A stretch of DNA of 63,355 bases from Frankiaceae bacterium (GCA_030840525.1 JAVEEI010000134.1:1-63355), one strand, 5' to 3'. Counted from the first letter of the stretch, positions 53,121 through 62,494 are shown. Notes: generated by a model not told the origin, from the letters alone. Program-made: numbers and translations.

Positions 53121-54353
53121 GTGCACACCGGCGGGGTACAGCGTCTGGTCACGCTGCCCCCTGCGCCCGACAGCGCGCGCCAGGCGCGTCGTTTCGTCGG
53201 TGAGGTGCTGATGGTGGCCGGCGTCGACAGCGACCGCCGTGACACCGCCGTGCTGCTCACCTCCGAGCTCGTCACCAACGGCATCGTGCACGCGCTGACC
53301 GACTTGCAGGTCACCGTCGAGGCGACCGAGTCGTGGGTACGCGTCGAGGTCGTCGACGGCAACCCCAGCCTGCCGCAGCGCCGCGACTACGACCACGAGG
53401 CCATGACCGGCCGCGGTCTCGAGATGCTCGAGCTGCTCGCCGACGAGGTCGGGATGCAGCCGCTCGCCGACGAGGGCAAGCGGGTGTGGTTCCGGCTCGG
53501 CGAGCCGTCGGCCGACAAGGAGCCGGAGCCGGTGGCCCCGCCGGTGCCGGCCGCCACCACCGTCCTGCTGCGCAACGTCCCGGTCGCCCTCTACTGCGCG
53601 TGGCAACAGCACGCGTCGGCAATCCTGCGCGAGGCCCTGATCGCCGAGCTCGACGACCGCCCCAAGGGCGTGCCGGACGACCTCGCGATGGCCAACGACG
53701 CGATGGCCGCGCTGGCCGGTGGTACGGCGCAGGCGTTCGCGCTGCGCGACGCCGGCGTGCACCACGCCGACATCACCCTCTCGCTGCCCACGAAGGCGGT
53801 GCAGCACTTCCCGGTGATGCGCGACGTGCTCCGGCGTTGCTCGGCGATGTCGCTCGTCGGCCAGCTGTTGGTCCCGCCCGCTCTGCCCGAGATCCAGGCG
53901 GTGCGCAACTGGGTGGCGGGCGAGGTCATGCGCCAGGCGACCGGCCTCGACCCGTCGCCGTACGTCGAGCAGCCGGACGACCATTTCATCCTCGACGAGA
54001 TCGCACCGACGACGCTCGACGTCGTCCGCAGCGCTCAGGTCGGGATGATCGCGGCCGACCGGAGCAACCGGATCGTCGCGGTCAGTCGCACCGCCGCCGA
54101 CATCGTCGGCTGGGACCCGGACGTGCTCGAGGGCCACCGGCTGATCACCCTCATCCCGCCCGCGCTGCGCGACGCGCACGTCGCCGGCTTCACCCGCTAC
54201 CTCCTCGACGGCACCACGTCGTACTTCGGCCGGTGGGTCGAGATGCCGGCGCTGCACCGCGACGGTCGCGAGGTGCCGGTGCGGATGTTCGTCGGCCGGG
54301 CCGTCGACGAGGGCGAGCGCGAGTACTTCGTCGCGACCGTCGAGCCCGCCTGA
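53121..54353 (+). CDS. fusion protein: RsbW-like ATPase + uncharacterised ~170-aa domain + C-terminal PAS
   Basis: 410 aa. N-box LTSELVTNGIVHA and TGRGLEMLELLADE. The central region aligns by eye with the 20527..21051 product (LLRNVPVALY.. versus LLNVPVRLLV..). The C-terminus is PAS-like (VGMIAADRSNRIVAVSRTAADIVGW). Confidence 0.8.
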   Translation: MHTGGVQRLVTLPPAPDSARQARRFVGEVLMVAGVDSDRRDTAVLLTSELVTNGIVHALTDLQVTVEATESWVRVEVVDGNPSLPQRRDYDHEAMTGRGLEMLELLADEVGMQPLADEGKRVWFRLGEPSADKEPEPVAPPVPAATTVLLRNVPVALYCAWQQHASAILREALIAELDDRPKGVPDDLAMANDAMAALAGGTAQAFALRDAGVHHADITLSLPTKAVQHFPVMRDVLRRCSAMSLVGQLLVPPALPEIQAVRNWVAGEVMRQATGLDPSPYVEQPDDHFILDEIAPTTLDVVRSAQVGMIAADRSNRIVAVSRTAADIVGWDPDVLEGHRLITLIPPALRDAHVAGFTRYLLDGTTSYFGRWVEMPALHRDGREVPVRMFVGRAVDEGEREYFVATVEPA

Positions 54354-54384
54354 CCGCCGCTCCCAGGGGTCGGCGCGGCTTAGC

Positions 54385-55563
54385 TCAGCTCTGGTCGAGC
54401 GAGGGCTGGAACACCTCGTGCCGGATCAGGTCGAGCGCGGCTGCGACCGGTACGGCGATGAGCGCGCCGACGATGCCGAGCAGCGCGCCGCCGATGAGCA
54501 CGCTGACGACGGTGAGAATCGGCGCCACTTCGACGGTCTTCTTCATCACCCGCGGCGACAGCAGGTAGTCCTCGAGCAACCGGAACACGATCGTGAACGC
54601 GACCGTCGCGATGGCGGTCGGAAGCGACACCGACAGCGCGATCAGCGCGACGACGATACCGGCGATCGGCGCGCCGATCATCGGGATCAGGTCGAACAGC
54701 GCGACCAGCAGACCGAGGAACACCGCGTCCGGCACACCCATCGACAGCAGGAAGATCGCCATCGCCGCGCCGGCGATCATCGACGTGATGACGTTGCCGA
54801 GCAGGTAGCCGCCGACGAGGCGCAGGATCTCGTCGCTCAGCAGCCCGACCCGCGCCCGGCGCGACCGCGGCACCAAGCGGTACGCCGACCGCTTGAGCAC
54901 GGGCAGGTTGGCGAGGAAGTAACAGGTCAGCACGATGATCGTCAGCGTCGTGACGACCGTCGACAGGATGGTCTTGCTGAGGCTGACGACTCCCTTGTAG
55001 GACAACGCATTCGAGATCTGCTTCGAGCTGAGGTGCACCTTGCGGGCGAGGTTGCCGATCGAGTCGTGCCGGAGCTGCAGCCGGTGCAGGTACTCCGGCA
55101 GGTTCTTGTGCAGGCTGTTGTACTCGCTCGTGATCGCCGGCACCGCGGTCGCGACGAACAGCCCGAGGACCCCCAGCGCGGCGAGGAGCACCGCGCCGAC
55201 CGCGAGCCCGCGCCGCCAGCCGCGGTCGGTGAGCCAGCCCACGACCGGGTCGAGACCGACGGCGAAGAACGCCGCGACGAGGATCAGGATCAGGACGCCC
55301 CACGCCCTGATGACCGCCTCGCAGATCAGCAGCGCCGCCGCGACACCGAACGTCGCGACGAACGCGATGTAGAACGGCGAGCGCTGCGACATCGGCTGGC
55401 CGGGGATACCGAACGGCCGCTCCGGACTGACCCCCGCCGCGGCCTCGCGGACGATGTCGTCGCGCATGAACGTCTGGGTGTCGGCGTGCTCATGCACGAG
55501 CTGCGCCAGGTCGCGCGCCTCGGCGTCCGCGCTGTCCTGCGGGAGGTCGGCGTCCTCGGTCAC
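54385..55563 (-). CDS. AI-2E family (PerM/UPF0118) transporter
   Basis: 392 aa, 7-8 TM, typical ...LIPMIGAPIAG... region. Confidence 0.88.
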   Translation of the reverse strand: MTEDADLPQDSADAEARDLAQLVHEHADTQTFMRDDIVREAAAGVSPERPFGIPGQPMSQRSPFYIAFVATFGVAAALLICEAVIRAWGVLILILVAAFFAVGLDPVVGWLTDRGWRRGLAVGAVLLAALGVLGLFVATAVPAITSEYNSLHKNLPEYLHRLQLRHDSIGNLARKVHLSSKQISNALSYKGVVSLSKTILSTVVTTLTIIVLTCYFLANLPVLKRSAYRLVPRSRRARVGLLSDEILRLVGGYLLGNVITSMIAGAAMAIFLLSMGVPDAVFLGLLVALFDLIPMIGAPIAGIVVALIALSVSLPTAIATVAFTIVFRLLEDYLLSPRVMKKTVEVAPILTVVSVLIGGALLGIVGALIAVPVAAALDLIRHEVFQPSLDQS

Positions 55564-55778
55564 GCCATCACTCTGCCCGGAGTAGCGGGCTTGACGCCAA
55601 TCGGTCTAGTCCGCCGGCGAATTGTCGGACATCTCCGCCGGAAACGCGCACGCTCGCGGCGTCAATAGTTCCTCTGGGGGGTGAAAAAACGGCCTCACAT
55701 TGACGACAACGTGCCATGTGCCGGTCCGTGCTCGGCTCCGAAAGAAATCGAGAGCCACCGGATTGGGCGACCCGAGGG

Positions 55779-57683
55779 ATGATGATGGAAGCCACTAAGC
55801 AGCTGCTCCCCCGCAAGACGGCAATCCTCGCGGCGGCGGTCATGACGACCGCCCTCGCCGGTACGACGTCCTCGCCGGCACAAGCCGGTACGACGTGGGA
55901 ACGGTCGGTGGTCGGCATCGTCGACAGCGGTCTGGCCCACGCGAAGGGCGCCGTCCACGTCATCGTGACGGCGACGACCGGCGGGGTCGGCACGGCCACC
56001 CGCGCGGTCACCGCGTCGCACGGCAGCGTGCACGCACCGTTGCCGATCGTCGACGGCGTCGCCGCGACGGTCCCGGCCTCCGACCTCGGCGTGCTCGCCC
56101 GGCAGCCCGGCGTCAAGGCGGTCACCCTCGACCGGGTCGCTCACTTCAGCGGCTACTCCTTCGACGGCGGTACGACGGTCAGCGGCTCCAACTTCGTCAC
56201 CACGACCGGCGCCGGTCAGGCGTGGCAGCACGGCTACACCGGCCAGGGCGTCGGCGTCGCCGTCATCGACACCGGCATCTCGCCGATGCCGGATGTCGCC
56301 GGCCGGGTGGTCTACGGCCCGGACCTCTCCGGTGAAGGCACGCTCGTCGACACCTACGGGCACGGCACCGTGATGGGCGGCATCATCGCCGGCAACGGCG
56401 CCGACTCGGTCAACCAGGCCGGTGGTGCCTACACCGGTGTCGCGCCGCGCGCGACTCTCGTCTCCGTCAAGACCGCCGGCGCCAACGGCGCCGTCGACGT
56501 CTCGACGATCCTGCAGGCGATGACGTGGGTAAGCGCCTACCAGAGCCAGTTCAACATCCGCGTGCTCAACCTGTCGTTCGGCACGCCGAGCACGCAGGAC
56601 CCGAGCGTCGACCCGCTCGACTATGCGGTCGAGCGGCTGTGGAAGCAGGGCATCGTCGTCGTCGTAGCGGCCGGCAACAGCGGTCCGAACGCCGGCACGA
56701 TCACCAAGCCCGGCGACGACCCGACCGTCCTGACGGTGGGCGCGTACGACGACAAGCAGACCCCCAGCGGCGGCGACGACGTCATCGCCAGCTGGTCGTC
56801 GCGCGGTCAGACGGCGCAGGGTGTGACCAAGCCCGACGTCGTCGCGCCCGGTCGCTACATCATCGCGCAGCGGTCGTACGGATCGACGATCGAGCAGCAG
56901 TTCCCGAACGCGCTCTTCGCGCCGTCGTACATCCGCGGTTCCGGTACGAGCGAGGCGACCGCGGTCACGTCCGGCCTCGTTGCGCTGATCGTTCAGGCGC
57001 ACCCGAACTGGACGCCGGACCAGATCAAGTGGGCGCTGCGGCACACCGCTCAGCCGCTGTCCGGGCAGGTCTCGGCGAACAGCCAGGGCCAGGGCCGGGT
57101 GAACGTCGGGGCCGCGATCGGCTCGAACCCCGGCTCGTACGCCCAGCAGCCGCCGTCGAGCTCCGGCCTCGGGTCGATCGAGAACAGCCGCGGCGGCCAG
57201 CATGTCGTCACGAGTTGTGACGGTGGCAACACCACGACCGTCATCCAGAATGAGATGGACGTCCGGTGCGAGGCGTGGGACGGCTCGGCGTGGACCGGCA
57301 GCGCATGGACCGGCTCCGCATGGACCGGCTCGGCCTGGACAGGCTCGGCGTGGACCGGCAGCGCGTGGACCGGCTCGGCCTGGACCGGCGCAGCCTGGAC
57401 CGGCTCGGCCTGGACCGGTGGCACGTGGACCGGTGGCTCGTGGCAGGGCAGCGCGTGGACCGGCTCGGCCTGGACCGGCTCGGCGTGGACCGGCAGCGCG
57501 TGGACCGGCTCGGCCTGGACCGGCAGCGCGTGGACCGGCTCGGCCTGGACCGGCAGCGCGTGGACGAGCTCCGGCTACGACGGCGACTTCCTGACGGCGT
57601 TCTGGGGCAACCACACGCCTTGGTGGAAGGGCCTGCCCGGCGAGGTCCGCGGCCCGCGGCCCGGCTTCGCGCAGAGTCCGTGA
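55779..57683 (+). CDS. secreted S8 (subtilisin-family) serine peptidase with C-terminal 20x Trp-pentapeptide repeat
   Basis: Signal peptide. Catalytic residues in AVIDTGI (Asp), HGTVMGG (His) and GTSEATAV (Ser). Three consecutive ATGs at 55779, 55782 and 55785 after GAGGG. Confidence 0.9.
   Translation: MMMEATKQLLPRKTAILAAAVMTTALAGTTSSPAQAGTTWERSVVGIVDSGLAHAKGAVHVIVTATTGGVGTATRAVTASHGSVHAPLPIVDGVAATVPASDLGVLARQPGVKAVTLDRVAHFSGYSFDGGTTVSGSNFVTTTGAGQAWQHGYTGQGVGVAVIDTGISPMPDVAGRVVYGPDLSGEGTLVDTYGHGTVMGGIIAGNGADSVNQAGGAYTGVAPRATLVSVKTAGANGAVDVSTILQAMTWVSAYQSQFNIRVLNLSFGTPSTQDPSVDPLDYAVERLWKQGIVVVVAAGNSGPNAGTITKPGDDPTVLTVGAYDDKQTPSGGDDVIASWSSRGQTAQGVTKPDVVAPGRYIIAQRSYGSTIEQQFPNALFAPSYIRGSGTSEATAVTSGLVALIVQAHPNWTPDQIKWALRHTAQPLSGQVSANSQGQGRVNVGAAIGSNPGSYAQQPPSSSGLGSIENSRGGQHVVTSCDGGNTTTVIQNEMDVRCEAWDGSAWTGSAWTGSAWTGSAWTGSAWTGSAWTGSAWTGAAWTGSAWTGGTWTGGSWQGSAWTGSAWTGSAWTGSAWTGSAWTGSAWTGSAWTGSAWTSSGYDGDFLTAFWGNHTPWWKGLPGEVRGPRPGFAQSP
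57273..57572 (+). repeat. 20 tandem copies of a 15-bp unit (GCSTGGACCGGCWSS) encoding (A-W-T-G-S)n
   Basis: Read directly: AWDGS, AWTGS x6, AWTGA, AWTGS, AWTGG, TWTGG, SWQGS, AWTGS x7, AWTSS. Confidence 0.95.
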
Positions 57684-57723
57684 TCTGAGCAACCGCACGA
57701 CCGGTTCGGTCTGAGGAGTCGAA

Positions 57724-60264
57724 GTGTTCGCATCGCTGAGCGGCAGCCCACGCCGCCTGCGGAACCTTGTCCTCACGGTGTACGTGCTGGGCTTCGGCTG
57801 CATGGCCGTGGCGGCGCTGTACGCCCGCCAGAGCAACGCGAAGGTCAGCGGGACGCACCTGCTGCTGGCCGCGTTCCTCGTCGCGGCGAGCGAGCTCGCG
57901 GTGATGCACCTGCGCTTCGGCGGCGAGCGGTACACGTACACCTGGAGCGAAGCGGCGGTCGTCCTCGGCCTCGTGCTGGTGCCATATCCGCACCTCGTGC
58001 TGGTCGCGCCGCTCGCCGTCGCGCTGACGCACAGCCTCAGCGGCCGCCAGCCGATGAAGGTGTACTACAACGCGACGTCGGCGGCGATCGCGGTGACGGT
58101 CGCGCGGATGACGATGGTGCTCGTCAGCGGCCACCGGGACGTGTCCGCGAGCACCGGCTGGCGGCACTGGGTCGGGCTGGCATGTGCGGCCGCCGTCTTC
58201 TCGGCGGTCAACTCGGCGACGACGACCGCCGCCGTCAGCGCGTCGCAGGGTCTGCCGTTGGGTGCGGTCCTGCGCCGCCACCTGCCGGCGACGCTGGGTG
58301 TCCTCGGTGGCAACACTCTCGTCGCCGCGTTGCTGTTGCAGATCCGGTGGAACGCCGCGACCGTCGCGATGCTGCCGGTGCTGCTCGGCCTGCTCTACAC
58401 GACGTACCGGGGCAACCTGTCGGCGCGCGAAGACCGCGACACATGGCGTGAGCTGGAGGCGGCGAGCAAGGATCTCGCGAGCCTCGACGTCGACCAGGTC
58501 GCGCGCGTCGCGGTCGCGCGGTCGCTGCGTCTCGCCCGCGCCGACGAGGTCGAGATCCTGTTGCGTGCCAGCGATGGTTCGGGGATCACCCGCTACCACC
58601 TGGGCGCGACCGGCGAGCTCACGCAGACCCGCACCGACGCGGGCGTCCTCGACGTACTCGACCTGCAGAGCGGCGCGCTGGTGAGCTCCGTGTCGGAGTC
58701 GCTCACGGCCGGCGCGGCGACGTCGTCGCACTCGCTGGTGCTGCGGCTCGACAGCCCGGAGAACGACGAGGCGCTCGGCGCCGTGCGGCTGCAGTTCCGG
58801 TCAGGCGTACGGCTGACCGACCGCGAGCGCCAGGTGCTCGTGACGTTCGGCCGCTCGGTCGCCGCGAGCGTCTACAACGCGCAGCTGTACGAGCAGACCC
58901 GCGAGGCGTCCCGCCGGCACGAGCACGAGGCGACGCACGACTCGTTGACCGGGCTGCCCAACCGCACCCTGCTGATCCGCCGCGCGGCCGAGTACTTGTC
59001 TGCGCCGGATGCCGCGGTCAGCCTGCTGCTCGTCGACCTCGACCACTTCAAGAGCATCAACGACACCCTCGGCCACCCGACCGGCGACCGCCTGCTGCAG
59101 GCCGCGGCGCACCGGCTCGAGGCCGTGCTACGCCAGACCGACACGATCGCTCGCCTCGGCGGCGACGAGTTCGCGATCCTGCTGCCGGACACCGACGACG
59201 CGGACGCCGCCGAGCGCGTCGCGAAGTCCGTGTTGGCGGCGCTCGCGACCCCGGTCATCGTCGACGGCCTGCGGCTGTCGGTCGAGGGCAGCGTCGGCAT
59301 CGCGCACTACCCGGCCGACTCGATGAACGTCGACGAGCTGCTCGCGCACGCGGACATCGCGCTGTACCAGGCGAAGACCGCGCGCGGGTCGTCGCGTACC
59401 TACAGCCGCGACCACGACGACAGCTCGGTGTCGCGGCTCACGCTCGCGGCCGAGTTGCGTACGGCGCTGGCTCGCGACGAGCTCGTGCTGCACTTCCAGC
59501 CGCAGCACTCGGTCGCGGACGGCCGGCTCGTCGCGGCCGAGGCGCTGGTGCGGTGGCACCACCCGCAGCGCGGGCTGCTGCCGCCGTCGGAGTTCATCAG
59601 CCTCGCCGAGGACTCGGGCCTGGCGCACGACTTCACGATGTACGTGCTCAGCAAGGCGATCCGCGAAGCTGCGACGTGGCACGACCTCGGCGCCGACCTG
59701 CACGTCGCGGTCAACCTGTCGGCCCGCAACCTGCTCGACCCGGCGTTGCCGTCGGCCGTCGCGTCCGCGCTGCAGCGGCACGGCCTGCCGGCGAAGGCGC
59801 TCGTGCTCGAGATCACCGAGCGCACGATGATGAGCGAGCTGGACATCGTCGAGCGGGTGCTCGGCGAGCTGCGGCAGCTCGGCGTACAGCTCTCGGTCGA
59901 CGACTTCGGCACCGGCTACTCGTCGATGACGTTCCTGACCCGCGCCGCGGTCAACGAGCTCAAGGTCGACCGCGACTTCGTCTCGCGCATGACCGTGTCG
60001 GAGAGCGACGCGGCGATCGTCCGCGCGACCGTCGAGCTGGCGCACGGCCTCGGCCTGCGCGTCGTCGCCGAAGGCGTCGAGGACGCCAAGACGCTCGCCG
60101 CGTTGCACGCGCTCGGTTGCGACATCGCCCAGGGCTTCCACCTCGACCGGCCGATGCCGGCGGACGTGTTCCGCGCCCGGATCCTCGCGAGCGAATCGCC
60201 GATGCGGATTGCTGCCCAGCGGGCGCCGCGCGACGCGCAAGTGGTCGCCCTGCGTCAGCGGTAA
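57724..60264 (+). CDS. multi-TM sensor - GAF-like - GGDEF - EAL protein
   Basis: 846 aa. RBS GAGGAG before GTG 57724. RLGGDEF with an RQTD I-site. EAL motifs AEALVRW and DDFGTGYSS. Confidence 0.9.
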   Translation: MFASLSGSPRRLRNLVLTVYVLGFGCMAVAALYARQSNAKVSGTHLLLAAFLVAASELAVMHLRFGGERYTYTWSEAAVVLGLVLVPYPHLVLVAPLAVALTHSLSGRQPMKVYYNATSAAIAVTVARMTMVLVSGHRDVSASTGWRHWVGLACAAAVFSAVNSATTTAAVSASQGLPLGAVLRRHLPATLGVLGGNTLVAALLLQIRWNAATVAMLPVLLGLLYTTYRGNLSAREDRDTWRELEAASKDLASLDVDQVARVAVARSLRLARADEVEILLRASDGSGITRYHLGATGELTQTRTDAGVLDVLDLQSGALVSSVSESLTAGAATSSHSLVLRLDSPENDEALGAVRLQFRSGVRLTDRERQVLVTFGRSVAASVYNAQLYEQTREASRRHEHEATHDSLTGLPNRTLLIRRAAEYLSAPDAAVSLLLVDLDHFKSINDTLGHPTGDRLLQAAAHRLEAVLRQTDTIARLGGDEFAILLPDTDDADAAERVAKSVLAALATPVIVDGLRLSVEGSVGIAHYPADSMNVDELLAHADIALYQAKTARGSSRTYSRDHDDSSVSRLTLAAELRTALARDELVLHFQPQHSVADGRLVAAEALVRWHHPQRGLLPPSEFISLAEDSGLAHDFTMYVLSKAIREAATWHDLGADLHVAVNLSARNLLDPALPSAVASALQRHGLPAKALVLEITERTMMSELDIVERVLGELRQLGVQLSVDDFGTGYSSMTFLTRAAVNELKVDRDFVSRMTVSESDAAIVRATVELAHGLGLRVVAEGVEDAKTLAALHALGCDIAQGFHLDRPMPADVFRARILASESPMRIAAQRAPRDAQVVALRQR

Positions 60265-60310
60265 GCACGTTCGGGTAGCGCGGCACGACCGCAGCGGGCA
60301 CAGTGAGGGG

Positions 60311-60883
60311 ATGGACGACTTCCCCGACGTGCTGGCTCGCGCCCAGCACGGTGACGAGGGGGCGTTCACGGTCGTCTTCCGCGCCATGCAGCCCATGCTG
60401 TTGCGCTACCTCACGGTGCTCGCCGGCCCCGCGGCCGCCGACGACCTCGCGGCCGAGACGTGGGTGGCTGCGTTGCGCGGGCTGGTGAAGTTCCGCGGCA
60501 ACGAAAGCGACTTACGCGGCTGGCTGGTCACGATCGCGCGGGCCCGCTGGGTCGACATGGTCCGCGCGTCCGCCCGGCGGCCGGAAGAGCTGACCGACGA
60601 GCCGCCCGAGCAGCGCGCCGCGGACGACGTCGCCGCGGCGGTCGTCGAGCGCGCCGCGTCCGCGGAGGCGATCGCGATGATCGCCCGGTTGCCCCAGGAG
60701 CAGGCCGAGATCGTGACCCTGCGCGTGGTCGCGCAGCTCGAGGTCGCCGAGGTCGCCGAGATCACCGGCAAGACCGCCAACCACGTCCGGGTGCTCTGCC
60801 ACCGAGGGCTGCGCCGGCTCGCGGCGATGCTGCCCGCTCCCGGCGTAATGCCCGCGCTCGTTTCGACGATGGACGAATCGTGA
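60311..60883 (+). CDS. ECF sigma factor
   Basis: RBS GAGGGG then ATG 60311. Region 2 (DDLAAETWVAALRG) and region 4 (EVAEVAEITGKTANHVRVLCHRGLRRL). Confidence 0.83.
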   Translation: MDDFPDVLARAQHGDEGAFTVVFRAMQPMLLRYLTVLAGPAAADDLAAETWVAALRGLVKFRGNESDLRGWLVTIARARWVDMVRASARRPEELTDEPPEQRAADDVAAAVVERAASAEAIAMIARLPQEQAEIVTLRVVAQLEVAEVAEITGKTANHVRVLCHRGLRRLAAMLPAPGVMPALVSTMDES

Positions 60884-61557
60884 CCGTGCCCGAGCAGAAG
60901 AGCGCTGCTGGCAGCCTGCCCGACGACGCGCTCGACCGGCTGCTCGCGACCGTCGCCGCCGGCGACGAACCGGCCGCCGAGCTGGCCTCGCTCTACGCCG
61001 TGCTCCGGGCCGCGTCGGCACCGGCCGAGCCGGGCGCGCAGCCGGGGGAGTCGGCCGCCCTCGCGGCGTTCGCGGCGAGCGTCCCGGTCCGCCGGATGCG
61101 CCGTACGCCGGCCCGGTGGCTGACCGAGAGCCGAACCCGGCTCGCGGTGGCCACCAGCGCCTTCGCCCTCGTCCTCGGCGGCGGGGTTGCCGCGGCCGCG
61201 ACCGGGTCCCTGCCCGGTCCCGCGCAAGGCGCGGCGCACGACGTGCTCGGCGCCATCGGCGTACACGTGCCGAAGAGCGACGACAGCGGCGCGAGTGGCT
61301 CGCACGGCAACGGCACCTCGGACACGGCGCCCGGCCACACGGGCGCGCACCCGAGCCCGCGGCCGTCCGGGTCGACCGGCAAGCCCGCCCACCCGGTGCA
61401 CCCGACGCACCCGAGCCACCCGGCGCACCCCGCACACCCGACGCACCCCGCGCACCCGGCGGCGACCGCGCACCCGACGCCGCACGCGACCTCGCACGGG
61501 GTGCCGCACCGGCCGGTCCCGGTGCCGACGCTGCGCCCGCACCTCCGCGTGCGCTGA
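60880..61557 (+). CDS. putative single-pass anti-sigma factor with His-Pro-rich extracytoplasmic tail
   Basis: GTG 60880 overlaps the sigma stop (GTGA). One TM (LAVATSAFALVLGGGVAAAATG). The tail carries (HPx)8. Confidence 0.62.
   Translation: MTVPEQKSAAGSLPDDALDRLLATVAAGDEPAAELASLYAVLRAASAPAEPGAQPGESAALAAFAASVPVRRMRRTPARWLTESRTRLAVATSAFALVLGGGVAAAATGSLPGPAQGAAHDVLGAIGVHVPKSDDSGASGSHGNGTSDTAPGHTGAHPSPRPSGSTGKPAHPVHPTHPSHPAHPAHPTHPAHPAATAHPTPHATSHGVPHRPVPVPTLRPHLRVR
61390..61461 (+). repeat. 8 tandem 9-nt units CAC-CCS-NNN encoding (His-Pro-x)8
   Basis: HPV HPT HPS HPA HPA HPT HPA HPA, read in frame. Confidence 0.85.
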
Positions 61558-61654
61558 CTAGTCCGTTTGTAATGGACCGGCGACCCCGGTCGATGGACGG
61601 TCGAGCCCGCTGCGTCACGGCGGGAACGCCCCCTCGCTCGGAGGTACCGACACC

Positions 61655-62209
61655 ATGAGCTTGTCCACTCTTACCGCGCTGGCCGGCGCCCATGCGAAGA
61701 CGGCCGCCGCGGTCCTCGCCGTCAGCGCCGCTACCGGTGGCGGCCTCGCCGTCGCCACGACGGCGGCCAACTCGCACGCCGCACCCGGGCTGGCGCGGGC
61801 GCAGGCCGCCGTCGCGAGCGCGCACCCGACCCCGTCTGCCGACAGCTCCGTTGCGGCCGCCGCGGGCACCACCGCGGCTACGACGGCCGCGCCGACCGGC
61901 GCTCCGTCGCCGGTGACCTGCGACAACGCGAAGAACCACGGCGCGTACGTCTCCTCGGTCGCGCACGCGACCCCGAGCGGTACGGCGCCGAACGCGCACG
62001 GCAAGGCGGTCAGCGCGGCCGCGCACTCCTCGTGCGGCAAGAAGGCCGGCGCGGGCGGCAACGACGCTGCCGATGCGACGGACTCGGGCGATGCGACGGA
62101 CTCGGGCGACGCGACGGACTCGACCGACTCGGGCGACGGCGGCAAGCCGTCCTCGGTGCCGACGCACGCTCCCCACTCGAAGCACAGCGGGCACAAGCCC
62201 GGTCACTGA
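61655..62209 (+). CDS. secreted Ala/Thr-rich protein with paired-Cys NHGAYVSSVAH motif and His-rich C-terminus
   Basis: 184 aa with a signal-like N-terminus. Motif C-DNAKNHGAYVSSVAH...AHGKAVSAAAHSSC, then DATDSG repeats, ending ..HAPHSKHSGHKPGH. Confidence 0.6.
   Translation: MSLSTLTALAGAHAKTAAAVLAVSAATGGGLAVATTAANSHAAPGLARAQAAVASAHPTPSADSSVAAAAGTTAATTAAPTGAPSPVTCDNAKNHGAYVSSVAHATPSGTAPNAHGKAVSAAAHSSCGKKAGAGGNDAADATDSGDATDSGDATDSTDSGDGGKPSSVPTHAPHSKHSGHKPGH
62072..62125 (+). repeat. 18-nt tandem repeat (about 3 copies) encoding DATDSG
   Basis: GATGCGACGGACTCGGGC occurs twice, followed by a diverged third copy. Confidence 0.8.
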
Positions 62210-62223
62210 GCTTCCCGCCTCGT

Positions 62224-62259
62224 CCGGCGGCGGCCCCTGCGCATCTGTGCCGCCGCCGG
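62224..62259 (+). terminator. 10-bp perfect hairpin after the 61655..62209 gene
   Basis: CCGGCGGCGG (62224-62233) pairs with CCGCCGCCGG (62250-62259). Confidence 0.5.
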
Positions 62260-62267
62260 GCTCGACC

Positions 62268-62313
62268 GGCGTGGCCCTGACAGCAGTTCCCCCGCCGCGG
62301 CCAGGGCCACGCC
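62268..62313 (+). terminator. second hairpin, 12-bp perfect stem
   Basis: GGCGTGGCCCTG (62268-62279) pairs with CAGGGCCACGCC (62302-62313); 22-nt loop. Confidence 0.45.
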
Positions 62314-62446
62314 TCTGTCCGGACGATGACTGTCCGTGACTCAACGCTTCCCAACGCGACCGGTGCCGGTGCGGTGGTGTTGAGGCGAACCAACGGTCAT
62401 ATCGGGCCGAACCCGGGCGGCGGGCTATCCGAAAGTAGTCACCGAA

Positions 62447-62494
62447 GCTCATAGCCGGTCGTCGTACGGCTGAGGGCTCATCGACCGGTCGTGT
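62447..62494 (+). promoter_or_regulatory. two imperfect 19-nt direct repeats (GCTCAT-N2/3-CCGGTCGT), period 29 nt
   Basis: GCTCATAGCCGGTCGTCGT (62447-62465) and GCTCATCGACCGGTCGTGT (62476-62494), about 200 nt upstream of the TasA-like gene. Confidence 0.3.

Noticed and set aside
57273-57572. Regular 15-bp repeat array, considered as a possible CRISPR or other non-coding array.
   Set aside because: The units are contiguous with no spacers and far shorter than CRISPR repeats. They lie in frame inside a GC3-supported protease gene, and no cas genes are present in the window.
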